A DNA stretch of 64,000 nucleotides from Octopus bimaculoides (taxonomy: Eukaryota), in the NCBI RefSeq assembly GCF_001194135.2, contig NC_068988.1, positions 44,395,170 to 44,459,169 of the forward strand, read 5' to 3'. The position numbers were made by a program, and so were the translations under genes. The notes under the pieces are model-generated. The model was not told the DNA's origin and made no database searches. It saw only the letters and a list, made by a program, of their open reading frames with translations. Positions 12,620 to 25,521 of this stretch are shown here, one piece after another. Positions within the stretch are counted from its first letter, which is position 1. Each line of letters opens with the position of its first letter.

Positions 12620-13100
12620 GTCTTTGTCATGTAGGTGCCAGTGCCACATGAGATGTACTCATGTTGGTGCCACATGAGATGCACTCATGCTGATGCTATG
12701 CAGACTTCACTTGTGCTGGTGCTATGTAAATGCACCTGCACTGATGGCACAGTAAGAACACTCAGTGGTTGGGGGAGAGGTCGAGTCGATTGCATCGACC
12801 CCAGTGCTCGACTGGTACTTAATTTCTCAACCTCGAAAGGATGAAAGGCAAAGTCAACCTTGGCAGCATTTGAACTCAGAATGTAGCGATAGGAAAAATA
12901 CCACTAAGGATTTTGCCCAGCATGCTAATGATTCTGCCAGCTTGTTGCCATAGAAATAATGCCAAAACAGACAATTGGAGCCTGGGTAGCTCTCTGGCTG
13001 GCCAGCTCTTGTCAAACCATCCATCCAATGCCAGCATGGAGAATGGATGTTAGACAATGATCATGATGATGACAGTGATGATGATGATGATGATGATGAT
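12620..13100 (+). mobile_element. Family A-like repeat with a nested family B SINE (minus strand, 12770-12950)
   Basis: Family A-type ACACTCAGTGGTTGG is interrupted by a Meta-like SINE and resumes at AGACAATTGGAGCCTGG...CCAATGCCAGCATGGAGAATGGATGTTA(GAT)n. Confidence 0.65.
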
Positions 13101-13180
13101 GAAGATGATACACATATATTCTTTTTGGCTTGGCTTTCGGAGTGAAGATTTACAAACGAGAATGTTCATGCTTGTTGCAG

Positions 13181-13235
13181 GCTTGCCGATATCTGATAAG
13201 TCCAATTTGGGACAAACAGGAACAAAGCTGGGAAG
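13181..13235 (+). other. Candidate 55-nt internal exon (unverified)
   Basis: cttgttgcag acceptor and AAG|gtaggc donor; two open frames (ACRYLISPIWDKQEQSWE or GLPISDKSNLGQTGTKLG). No protein recognised. Confidence 0.2.
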
Positions 13236-13377
13236 GTAGGCTGATGAGAGTTGGCCATATTGCCCTTGATTTTCCTCTTTTATCTCGTGTTTGCAAGGCA
13301 GGTCCTACACTTATCTATATATTCTTAAAGGTTGCAGATCTATCTGCCCATCTGTCTGTTCATCCAGCTGTTCGTCC

Positions 13378-13440
<63 letters not shown>

Positions 13441-13771
13441 CATCCATTTGTCTGTCTATCTGTATGCTTGTGTGTTACTGCTGTAAATGATAGAGGAATA
13501 TTGCACTCAATGTATGGTGCAAATCATATTGCTTATTTAACCTGAAATATCTTTCTCACAACCTGACTGTCACAGCATTCTATTGATCAGGCATCTACCT
13601 GATTGATTACCAGAGCTTGAAATTTGAATCACAAGAAAAAGAATTAGTGTACACACACACACACACACATGCATGCACGCATGTATGCACACATGCATAC
13701 ACACACACACACACACACACACGTTTGTGTACATTGATATATATATATATATATAATATATGTGTTGATGT

Positions 13772-14140
13772 GCAGGAGCAGCTGTGTGGTAAGAAACTTG
13801 CTTCCTAACCACATGGTTCCAGGTTCAGTCCCACTGCGTAGCACCTAAAGTAAGTATCTTCTACTATAACCTCGAGTCGATTTGGTAGATGGAAGCTGAA
13901 AGAAGCCTGTTGTATATATATGTATATACATGTGTGTTATCTGTGTTTGTCCTCCCATCATCACTTGACAACCAGTGTTGGTGTGTTTACATCCCCATAA
14001 ATTAGTGGTTCAGCAAAAAATACTGATAGAATAAGCACCAGGCTTAAAAAATAAGTACAGGGGTTGAATCACTCCACTAAAATGTCAAGGCGGTGCCCCA
14101 GCATGGCCGTAGTCTAATGACTTAACCAGGTAATAGCCAA
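13772..14140 (+). mobile_element. CORE-SINE (family C), near full length
   Basis: tRNA-like head GCTGTGTGGTAAGAA..GGTTCAGTCCC, CORE-like segment, internal (TA)/(TG) tract and the family C 3' tail. Confidence 0.8.
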
Positions 14141-14352
14141 AAGGTATAAGATGCACAAATAATACACAGTTAAGCGTGATCTGTAAAGTATATGTAAACT
14201 CATATTATATCAGCTACCTACTTTTCATTTCAAAGTTGGGGTTATTTCATTTCATTTGCATCAGTTTGAAACTGTTTCATTGGCTCACATCATTATTCCT
14301 GTTTTCCCTCTTCTCCAAAAATCTTGTAATTTTAGCTGTCAATCAGTCTTTT

Positions 14353-14439
<87 letters not shown>

Positions 14440-14987
14440 GTTGAACACATAAAGAAGGAAAATCTTCAGTGATACCTTGATACCTCAATAATTTGAACAA
14501 CTACTACTACTACTACTACTACTACTGTATACATATATATATTTATAGAAAAACAAAGACGAAGACAGGTATATATCCTTAGTCTTTTACTTTTATCCTT
14601 TTACTTGTTTCAGTCATTTGACTGAGGCCATGCTGGAGCATGCCCTTTAGTCAAACAAATCGACCCCAGGACTTATTCTAATTCTAAAACAGGTTGTGGG
14701 TTTTTAAAAGATTTAAGGTCATACTTGTTTCCATTATTCTGTTGTCCTTTCATGTCAAAGAAATAAGTTCACCATTTTTCTTTTGAGAACTTAGTGGTTC
14801 AGCAAAAGAGGTCGATAGAATAAGTACTAGGCTTACAAAGAATAAGTCCTGGGGTCCATTTGCTCGACTAAAGGCGGTGCTCCAGCATGGCCACAGTCAA
14901 ATGACTGAAACAAGTAAAGAGTATACCAGCACAGTCTTCTCTTCTGCACACTACAGTCTTTTTTCTTGATATATATACCTATCATAC

Positions 14988-15360
14988 GTGGTTAGGGCAG
15001 CGGACTCACGGTCATAGGATTGCAGTTTCGATTCCCAGACCAGGCGTTGTGAGTGTTTATTGAGCGCAAACACCTAAAGCTCCACGAGGCTCCGGTAGGG
15101 GATGGTGGCGAACCCTGCTGTACTCTTCCATCACAACTTTCTCTCACTCTTACTTCCTGTTTCTGTTGTGCCTGTAATTCAAAGGGTCAGCCTTGTCACA
15201 CTGTGTCACGCTGAATATCTCCGAGAACTATGTTAAGGGTACACGTGTCTGTGGAGAGCTCAGCCACTTGCACGTTAATTTCACGAGCAGGCTGTTCCAT
15301 TGATCAGATCAACTGGAACCCTCGACGTCGTAAGCGACGGAGTGCCAACAACAACAACAA
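14988..15360 (+). mobile_element. tRNA(Arg)-like-headed SINE (family D), 5'-truncated, (CAA)n tail, 13-bp TSD
   Basis: B-box GTTTCGATTCC. TSD ATACCTATCATAC at 14975-14987 and 15360-15372. Highly similar to 54017-54418. Confidence 0.9.
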
Positions 15361-16293
15361 TACCTATCATACACAGATAGGGTCATAATCCAAGCTGTGA
15401 CCCCATGAAGCACATGTACATATTCCAGTGCTCAAAAGTTTTATGTAGATTTTATGATAGTGTGAGGCATGTATAAGAGTTGAAAAATACTGGAAAATAG
15501 TATTTGCTGAGTGTGTGGATGTGCGTGTGTGTGTATACATGTATCTGTGTATACATGTGTGTTTAAATATGTATGTATATACACATTTACCCCTTATCAA
15601 AGTATTTTCTCATCACTTATTTTATAATTGCTTCGAACATATCTCTTCAATCACCTTACATTTTATGTCCATCTGTTTATCTGACCATTTGCCTACCTTC
15701 CTGTCTGTATGTCTAGTTTGATTACAAATGTAATTATATATGAATATGACTACCTAATTCTCCATTTGTCTGTTTATCTGTTAATCAAGAGCCATGAAAA
15801 CTTGTCTTCATTCTCTCTCACTTGAGTGAAGGTAAATGAGAACGAGAATATATATATATCATTAAAAACGAATAAAGAGAGAAATAAAACAAAAATTCCA
15901 AAGAGAATCAAACTTTCTGAGTTTCCATAAATGGATAAATCCCAAATATTGTACAAGTGATTTGTTGTAATGAATAATCAATCATTTGTTTTATAAGGGA
16001 TCACTATAGTCAATTGAATCAAACTCAGCATATTATTGATAATTACTGGTATTTATATGTATTCCATTGTTATGAAAGGAGAAGGCAATAATAGCTGCTT
16101 TTGAATGAATAAAGAATAGATTTCAGAGAGTAAAAACTTTCAGGCATTTTAGGCTGGTGCTCTATCATTTCTGTCAATTATTTGTGCCTGTTAGGAAAGA
16201 GAGTTAACAAAAGACTTTCCTGATAAGTATACATATATGTGTGTGTGTGTTCATACATACATACATGTGTATGTACGTGTATATGTGTATATA

Positions 16294-16338
<45 letters not shown>

Positions 16339-17531
16339 NNNNNNNNNNNNNNNNNNNNNNNNNNNNNNNNNNNNNNNNNNNNNNNNNNNNNNNNNNNNNN
16401 NNNNNNNNNNNNNNNNNNNNNNNNNNNNNNNNNNNNNNNNNNNNNNNNNNNNNNNNNNNNNNNNNNNNNNNNNNNNNNNNNNNNNNNNNNNNNNNNNNNN
16501 NNNNNNNNNNNNNNNNNNNNNNNNNNNNNNNNNNNNNNNNNNNNNNNNNACTTATAGGTGTATATATATGTATATATATATTATGAAGAGAGAGAGAGAG
16601 AGGAATTGATAGAGAGGGAGAGCTGTCCAAGTTAGTGGAGAGCACAGGAAACATGTTAGACAGAACTCTTCACCTGAGCAACAATATTAATGTTAGATTT
16701 TTATTTTAACATCATAGCAACACACCCCTCACTTTGCTTTATATCTTCATCCTCTACAAAGGATTTCAAGAAGTCACTTTAATCATTTTTGGCAGCTTTC
16801 TCATTCCATAGTTTTCTGGTTTCATCCATAAGACCAATAAGTAAAAACCCTTCCTTGCAGCTAGAGGTTTAAAGCAAAAGATTTTACTATCAACCATACA
16901 ACACAAAGAGGAAATTACACCTATAATTTCAGTCGTCGAAAATGATTTGAAAAAGCAGAGAACTGATGCCAAAATGTAGCCAAGATTTCCCCTTGAACAA
17001 AAGGCACAGTGACATTGTAGAAAGATCAAAAGACAGAAGAATAGTTCTATGTTTAATGACTAATTTCCTGCCTTAAGGTGGCTTGTCTTGATAATCGCTC
17101 AAATATTGGTTGGTAATAAAAAGGTAGCACACACAGAGCCAGATATATTTTATGTATGTGGAGTAGATCGCATATGCACCTACTAATGACATAGAGATCT
17201 ATACACACATTTCCATATAATCACAGTCACATGTGTGTTAAAAAAAGATAAAGATGACACATGCACTTCAAAATACTCATATGTATGTGCGTGTGTGCAT
17301 ATGTTTGTGTGTGTATGTGTGTGTGAGTATGTATATATTTATGCAAGTATGAGTATGTGTATGTATGTATGAGTATATGCATGCATGTGTCTGTCTATCT
17401 ATCTATCTAAAAGTCTCTCTCTTTCTCTCTCACACACTCACACAGGCACACACATATGCACACACACATACATGCATCTATATCTACATTTATCTGTATA
17501 TCTGTATATGCGTGCGTGTATACGCACATAC

Positions 17532-17562
<31 letters not shown>

Positions 17563-18409
17563 NNNNNNNNNNNNNNNNNNNNNNNNNNNNNNNNNNNNNN
17601 NNNNNNNNNNNNNNNNNNNNNNNNNNNNNNNNNNNNNNNNNNNNNNNNNNNNNNNNNNNNNNNNNNNNNNNNNNNNNNNNNNNNNNNNNNNNNNNNNNNN
17701 NNNNNNNNNNNNNNNNNNNNNNNNNNNNNNNNNNNNNNNNNNNNNNNNNNNNNNNNNNNNNNNNNNNNNNNNNNNNNNNNNNNNNNNNNNNNNNNNNNNN
17801 NNNNNNNNNNNNNNNNNNNNNNNNNNNNNNNNNNNNNNNNNNNNNNNNNATATATATATATATATATATATATAAGATATTTAGAAGATGCCTACATATC
17901 CCGAAATAGAGATAGAAGTGGACAATTTATATAAATGCATAATAGTAATTAACCTTCTACAGACACATGTGCATACACACACATGTACACACACACGTGT
18001 ACACACACACTAACACATTCAGAAATGTATACAATTACAAAAAGGCAGCAGATTGACTGAACCATTAGAATATCGAAAAGAATACCTTACAGTATTCATT
18101 TTGATTTTTCTGCCTTGTGAGTTCAAATTCTGCTACTGTCAACTCTACCTTTCATCCTTTCAAGGTTAATAAGTAAAATACCATTCCAGTTTTGGTGGGG
18201 GTCGATTCTTTTCTCTCTCTCCCTCCCTTTCTCTTTGTTTTTCTATTTTTCTCAGAATTCTACCTATTCTAATTTCATTAACTGTACCTGTGTCTGTGGA
18301 ATATTCAGTTGTTTTCTCATTAATTCCTTGAGCTGGAATTCAGTTGCTCAACCAACTCCATTCACATCATTGAGGCTGACAGAGAATCTATCATATAAAG
18401 CTATACACA

Positions 18410-18700
18410 TTTCAGATCCTGTATTGTTTGCTCTTTATATCTCAATTGTGTTTGATTACACTTTCAGAGACTTAGATAAGGCAGTCAGACTTGCTTCTTG
18501 TATTAATGGAGGATTGATTAATTGCCAGTAACTCAAAACAAATATGCTGAACAGGGCAAAATTTATTCATGTCATGCTTTTTACTGATGATGTAGCACTT
18601 ATGACAAAAGTTTTGTTGATGCACAATTAATTGTGGAATATTTATCACATGCTGTTAAGGCTTTTGGTCTCACCCTAAGCTTAAAGGAAATGAAATTCAC
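18410..18700 (+). mobile_element. Decayed RTE (BovB-like) RT fragment
   Basis: DPVLFALYISIVFDYTFRDLD, HVMLFTDDVAL (YADD-equivalent), DAQLIVEYLSHAVKAFGLTLSLK. Confidence 0.7.
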
Positions 18701-19319
18701 CAACCTAAAACAACCCTTAAGCAAAAGGTGTAAAAATCATTCAGTTACCTATATTTTCTAAACAAATCAGATGCAAGTGGATGGCCATCATCGTATGTAA
18801 AATCTTTTCTCTGTTTGGATGATGTGGCCATAATAAGTCATCCAAAGGAATTTTTTACTTTAATGAACTGCAATATCATAAATTCAGATGGGTAGAATGT
18901 GTCCACAAAGCTCATATTTGGCCATGTATTCATGCCATAAAATGTGAAGTACCACCAATTAATGAGTTCATCGAGACATTACCTGTTGTAGTAGCGATAA
19001 AGAAAACATAATCTATGATCAATGATGTTCCAGATATCACCTCTCTGTCTTTTGGCCTATTGGAGTTACATCGTCCAGTATATCCTTATCTAATTAACAC
19101 TGCCATCACCATCTTCGTCATTTAATGTCTACTTTCCATGCTGTAGTGAGTGGTATGAGGGATCTTTGGTTGCTATTTCTAGCAGGTCGAGTGACTGAAT
19201 AGAAGCTCCCTTCATTGGCTTATGTGTGCATGTATATAGGAAGATGGTAGTGGTGGTTAATCATTTTGTACATAACCAGATCTGCTTTCAAACACATGAA
19301 TACTGATACATACATGCAA

Positions 19320-20335
19320 TTTCAATCACGGACGCATGCTCAAACATACACACAATCACACACTCTCAATAAATGCACATATACACAACCAAATACATAA
19401 GCATGATCAAACACTCACACACACACATTCTCACTCACATACACACATACACATACACTTGTACTGACTCGCATTCACTCACACACACACACAAACACTC
19501 ACACAATCACACACACACACATAAACTTGTACTGACTCACATTCACTCACACATACACACAAACACACTCACAAATACACACACACACAAACACACAACA
19601 CACACACATAAACACATGCACTCATACACACACAAACACGCACAACACANNNNNNNNNNACACACAAACACACAACACACACACATAAACACATGCACTC
19701 ATACACACACAAACACGCACAACACACCACACACACAAGCACACACAATCACAAATGCACACACACATGCAAGCACACTCACACAAACACACATAAACAT
19801 ACACACACATACACACACAAACACACAATACACACACAAGCACACACACTTGTACTGACTCACATTCACTCACACAAACACACACAAGTGCACACACACA
19901 CACACACACATACACACACAAACACACGCTCACATACTTGTACTAATTCACATTCGCTCACACACACACAAACACACACAATTACACACACACTCACACA
20001 AGCACACAGACGCATATGTGCTCACACACACATACACACACAGACACACACACACTTGTACTAATTCACATTCACTCACACAAACACACATGGACGTACA
20101 CATACAAACACACACAAACACAGACACATACACACGAACACACACACATGCACACACACACATACACACACACAATCACATGCACAGATATATGCATTTT
20201 TATAGATAACCATATGAATTTCAGATGTGGCACATATGTACACAACTACACATAAACACAGACATAACACACACCTAAAACATGTTCTTTCTAACAAATA
20301 CATAGAAATACATTAATACACACACACACACACGT
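19320..20335. repeat. ~1-kb CA-rich cryptic repeat with a recurring CTTGTACT(G/A)A(C/T)TCACATTCACTCAC anchor
   Basis: Anchor copies start at 19458, 19526, 19849, 19937 and 20055. Confidence 0.85.
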
Positions 20336-20985
20336 CTGAAAATGTGCATACTCATGCACAAAGCCGTACATATTGTTACATGTACAGACTGAAAATAACA
20401 CAAGACTAAAATAGAATAATTCAGAAACATGTTACCTCAGACTCAATTAATTAATTTCCTGTGTAACTTGCTGCTATTTCTAAGGCCAACCTGAGGCAAT
20501 GTATAAAACAGAGGATGATGGTTTTAGTGGTGGTGTTGGAAGTGATGGTGGTTGTAGGAGTGTTGTTGTTGTTGTTGTTGCTGATGTTGTTTAGCTCACA
20601 GTCAGTTCTAATCCAGCAGACACAAGGTCAAAGTTATTCAGCCGTGAGACCACCATCTCATCCTTCTTTTCAGACGTAGTGTATCTAGGATCACATTATC
20701 CTGTGTGTTCTTTCATTTTATTTCATTTTTATGATGTTCGGATATGTTTTGAAGAGATTTGACTGTTATTTCTAGCTGGTTGAGTGACCATGTTGAGGCT
20801 CCCCTGTTGATGTAGTGATAAACATCTGCAAATGTAATGCTGTTGTAAGCAAATGGACATTTCAAATGAGATTCATGGGTTCAACATACTTGGCATATCC
20901 TAGCTTAACCCAGTTTGACTCTATATCATAAACTCCAATTCTGACTGAATACAGGATTTATTATGTACCTTCAAGTACTATGGTA

Positions 20986-21200
20986 GGGTGGTGAGCTGGT
21001 AGAAGTGCTAGAATGTCAGACTAAATTCTTTGAGGTATATATTCCGAGTTCAATACCTGCGAAGGTCAACTTTAATTTTTATCACTCTGAAGCTGATAAA
21101 ATAAAGTGCCAGTCAAGTACTGAGATCGATGAAATTGACTAATCACCCCATTCACTATCAAAATTGCTGGCCTTGTCCCTAAATCTGAACCATTATTCTG
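20986..21200 (+). mobile_element. Family B (Meta-like) SINE, diverged
   Basis: GGTGGTGAGCTGG head, GAGTTCAA B-box, Meta-like core. Confidence 0.65.
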
Positions 21201-21251
21201 TAATTTTGCTATATCTGTTGGCAGAACAAAATATTTTCAAAATATCTTAAT

Positions 21252-21479
21252 TTAACCCTTTAGCATTCAGATTACTCTGTCAAATGTAATGCTTATTTAG
21301 ACACTTTGTTTTAGATTAATCTTTTATTATCCTGTAGTTTCAAGATGTTGATGTTGTTATTGTTTAATTTTAGAATGACATAGTAGGGTAGATGTGAAAG
21401 GCTGTATCTGGTTGGTTTAAACATTAAACAGGCAGAATGTTTAGGCCAGATATGGCTAGCTTAAATACTGATGGGCTAA
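21252..21479. mobile_element. Probable piggyBac-like MITE
   Basis: Left end TTAA-CCCTTTAGCATT; imperfect inverted right end AATACTGATGGGCTAA. Confidence 0.4.
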
Positions 21480-22124
21480 AATATCTTAAATTTAAATATT
21501 ATTATTTTGAAATATCTTAATTCAAAATGTCTTCTTTAATTTTAAAATAATTTTATTCTAAAATCTATTTATTTTCAAATATCTTTATGCTTAAGGATTT
21601 GAAATTTAATTTAAAGAAAACTTTTTAATTTCCTGAATGTAAATTACATAGGAATGCTATTTAACTGATAGAATTATCCAAGGTGGGTGTTGTATCACTT
21701 TAATACCCTTTAACCCACCAACAAAATTCCATCACATGATGTCTGCATATGTGAAGTATTGGTTATAATGATGTTAAAGATTGAGAAAGACATTGGTGCT
21801 AATCGTGTTATTATTGTTATTTGCAACTTTAGTCATCAGGGAGAGATAACTGTCAAAACATTTTAGGCTACTATTTGTACAAGCAACACTGGATTTATTA
21901 TTCTTCAGTCTGGTGTTCAATGACGATGGATACCTTATCATGTCTAGTTATGATGACGGCGGTTGTGATGAGGATGACAATGGCTGTTATGGTGAGCTAT
22001 TGTTAGTGCTAGACTAATATTATTAAAGAAATGAAAAGGTGATGGGTTAACAGAAATAGAAGAACACAAAGCTGAATGCTTTAAAGTTTTGAGTTTAATG
22101 ACACAGGTGTGGTGAGGGTGTAGG

Positions 22125-22300
22125 TGTGGCTGTAGGGTTAAGAAGTTTGCTTCCTAACTGCATGGTTCCAGGTTCATTCCCACTGCATGGCATTTTGAAC
22201 AAGTGTCTTCTACTGTAGCCCAAGAGAGACCAAAGCCTTGAGAGTTGATTTGATAGATAAAAACTAGAAGAAACCTGTTGTGTGTGTGTGTGTATATATA
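22125..22300 (+). mobile_element. CORE-SINE head half
   Basis: GTGTGGCTGTAGGGTTAAGAAGTTTGCTTCC...GGTTCATTCCCACTGCATGGCATTTTGAACAAGTGTC, ending in a (TG)n(TA)n tract. Confidence 0.75.
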
Positions 22301-22302
22301 AG

Positions 22303-23930
22303 GTCCTGGCAGGGTAAAAAGGTAGGGTATTTCCAGAGAAGCGCTCGCCCGCGTTCTGGGCTATCAACACTGTTGAATATTGTTTAAACTGGTGTTGCAA
22401 ACAAAGTTGGTACAGAAACATTTGTAACTGGTTGTTAAAGATGTGTTAAAATATTCCTTTGTCTTATTTGGATTATTTACATATATATATATATAATTTA
22501 TATAAGAGCATTACTATACGATAATGCCTTACGCTTAGAGGGTGAAACTACCAAAAGTCAAAACTACCATAAGCACATTTGTACCGATCGTGAGGGAATA
22601 CAAATTTCAAAGCTAACCTCCTAAAAACTTTTAACTTAATGGTAAACCAGTGGTTTCATGATCAACGCTGTAATCTGCATCTTTTATTCATCAGTACACG
22701 TATGGTCAAGACACATAAAAATAAACAAAAATCAACATACCCCGACGAGCATAGTACATAGACGATTGTTTATCCCTTATATATCCATGAAAGAGGTGGG
22801 CTTTTTAAGTTACACTTCGGCACATGTGCTTTTACGGAATAATATTCAGCACAGAATATATTCTAATTATTCATAATACAATATTAGGATAAAATCTTTA
22901 TAAGAATTTATCAAGTAGTTAGCGTGAAAAAACTTCATAAGGGAAAAAATCTTATGACGTTTCTTCACGCTAATGGAAAGTTCCGAGGAGAAGGAGGAAC
23001 TACTTTCTGGAAATTTCCGAAGAGTGGGGCGAATTACTTCCTGGAAAGTTCCGAGGAGGGTGGAATTACTTCCTAGAAAGTCCCAAGGAAGTGGAGGAGC
23101 GAAAATTACTTCCTGGGAAGATCCGGGACTTCCTGGAAAGCTCCGAGGATGGACTTTCTGGAAAGTCCCGACGATTGGACTTCCTGGACATTTCCGAGGA
23201 ATTCCTGGAAAGATCCGAGGATGAGCTACTTCCTGGAAAGTTACGGTGATTGGTCTTCCTAGAAAGTTTTGGGGGTTTCCTGGAAAGATCTGAGGGTTTC
23301 CTGGAAAGACCTGGACTTCCAGGAAAGTTCCGGGACAGAGCTACTTCCTGGAAAGTTCCCAGGATGTGACTTACTGCGAATTTCCGAGGATCTACAGGAA
23401 ACATCAGAGGATAAGCTACTTCCTGGAAAGATCAGTGGATAGGAATTCTTGGAAAGTTCCGAGGATTGGACTTCCTGGAAAATTCCGAGGATTGGACTTC
23501 TTGGAAAGTTCCGAGGATTGGACGTCCTGGAAAGTTCCGAGGAATTACTGGAACGATCCGAGGATTAGCTACTCCCTGTAAAGTTTCGAGGATTAGACAT
23601 CCTGGAAAGTTCAGAGGAATTACTGGAAAGTTCCGAGGAGAAGCTGCTTCCTGGAAAGTTCCCGGGATGGGACTTCCTGGGAAGTTCCGAGGATTGGACT
23701 TCCTGGAAAGTTCCGATGAACTCCTGGAAAGAACCGAGGACTTCTTGGAAAGAACCGAGGACTTCTTGGAAAGAAGCGAGGACTTCCTGGAAACTTTCGA
23801 GGATTGGGCTTCCTGGAAAGTTCCGAGTATTTCTTGGAAAGTTCCGAAGATTTCCTGGAAAGGCCCGAGGATGAGCTACTTCCTGGAAAGTTCCGAGGAT
23901 TGGTCTTCCTGGAAACCTCCGAGGATTTCT
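22303..23930. mobile_element. CpG-rich composite element containing a minisatellite; possibly Helitron/Helentron-like non-autonomous element
   Basis: CpG-rich relative to its flanks, begins at a (TA)n tract, has a short subterminal hairpin GCCC-GCGTTCT-GGGC near 22346, and ends in a tandem array plus (CA)n. Class assignment is inference only. Confidence 0.3.
22974..23926. repeat. Minisatellite of 21-30-bp units, consensus GGACTTCCTGGAAAGTTCCGAGGATT
   Basis: More than 30 variant units are directly visible; source of the repetitive ORFs at 22973-24058. Confidence 0.95.
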
Positions 23931-24208
23931 CTCTCACACACATACACACACACACACACACAAATGCACGTCCATTTCATATATCTTTCAATTTCTGCTC
24001 TCTGCAAATAAAATTTTTACAGATACAACTGCTTACAAAAATTGGGATTAATGTATAATTTCTTTCTATGTTCATAATTAAATAAATGTTTTAATGATTA
24101 TACAGATATCAAATAGAATAGCTCTCAGAAACAGACTACGTACAAATTCTTTCTTCACAACTCCTGAAACCNNNNNNNNNNTATATATATGTATGTATAT
24201 ATATATAT

Positions 24209-24318
24209 ACCGGAGTAAGCACATAAAATGTGCAGCAAGGTGGAAAAAAGAGTACTCAAATACCAGAGGTAGAGTAATATGCTTTATTTAAAAGCAGCAG
24301 AAATATAACAAAAGACTG
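24209..24318. mobile_element. Short repeat fragment flanked by (TA)n on both sides, possibly a PLE terminal repeat piece
   Basis: Non-simple 110-bp insert CCGGAGTAAGCACATAAA... between (TA)n tracts; family identity is from resemblance only. Confidence 0.3.
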
Positions 24319-25425
24319 TATATATATATATATGTCAATGCAGGAAAATTAGTGATATTGATAATGATACTGATAATGAAATATCAATATTATGGCTCAA
24401 GGAAAGCACTTCAGCCCTGTTGTTTGTTGATATTCATAATCATCATCACTACATTAGCTCTGTTTCTATATGTGCTGATTATTTATAATTCTTACCAACT
24501 TAGCAGAATATGTTTCGCTGAGATCAGTCTAATAAAACTGAAAACGTCCTGTTTCTTTTACCAGTTCTCTTCAAAGGATTTCTGCCTGTATTGTTTTTTA
24601 TTTTCCAAATATTTTGATTGGCTGATTTTAATGGAGTTATTTCCCTTGCCTGTTGTGTTTAGAATTTAGAAAGCCCCTAGAAAGAAATTTTTGTGTACAG
24701 ATTGCATGTATAATTTTAGTTAATCGAATATTTTCATTTCACTATATTAGCTATATAAGATCCTACAGTAGCTGTGTGTATGTGAATTTATGCATGCAGT
24801 ATGTGTATATATATCTTTTTCTCTCTCCACACACACACACACACACACATACACACATGCACACACACACATATAAACACACACATACATACATGTGTTT
24901 ACATATCTACTTTGCCTTTTCTTTCTTTATATATATATATATATATATATATATNNNNNNNNNNNNNNNNNNNNNNNNNNNNNNNNNNNNNNNNNNNNNN
25001 NNNNNNNNNNNNNNNNNNNNNNNNNNNNNNNNNNNNNNNNNNNNNNNNNNNNNNNNNNNNNNNNNNNNNNNNNNNNNNNNNNNNNNNNNNNNNNNNNNNN
25101 NNNNNNNNNNNNNNNNNNNNNNNNNNNNNNNNNNNNNNNNNNNNNNNNNNNNNNNNNNNNNNNNNNNNNNNNNNNNNNNNNNNNNNNNNNNNNNNNNNNN
25201 NNNNNNNNNNNNNNNNNNNNNNNNNNNNNNNNNNNNNNNNNNNNNNNNNNNNNNNNNNNNNNNNNNNNNNNNNNNNNNNNNNNNNNNNNNNNNNNNNNNN
25301 NNNNNNNNNNNNNNNNNNNNNNNNNNNNNNNNNNNNNNNNNNNNNNNNNNNNNNNNNNATATAGATATATATATATACACACACACACACACATATATAG
25401 TGTATATATGTAGCTTTATATATCT

Positions 25426-25456
<31 letters not shown>

Positions 25457-25478
25457 TCTATATATCTCTATATATATG

Positions 25479-25521
<43 letters not shown>

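Noticed and set aside
21909-21991. Possible exon LVFNDDGYLIMSSYDDGGCDEDDNGCY with ttcag / gtgagc sites
   Set aside because: The 3' half is decayed (GAT)n microsatellite, which explains the open frame.
22973-24058. Repetitive ORFs such as DFLESSEDW and SWKVPRI (up to 181 aa)
   Set aside because: Units are 21-30 bp and not consistently multiples of three. ORFs occur in several frames on both strands, as expected for a stop-poor minisatellite.
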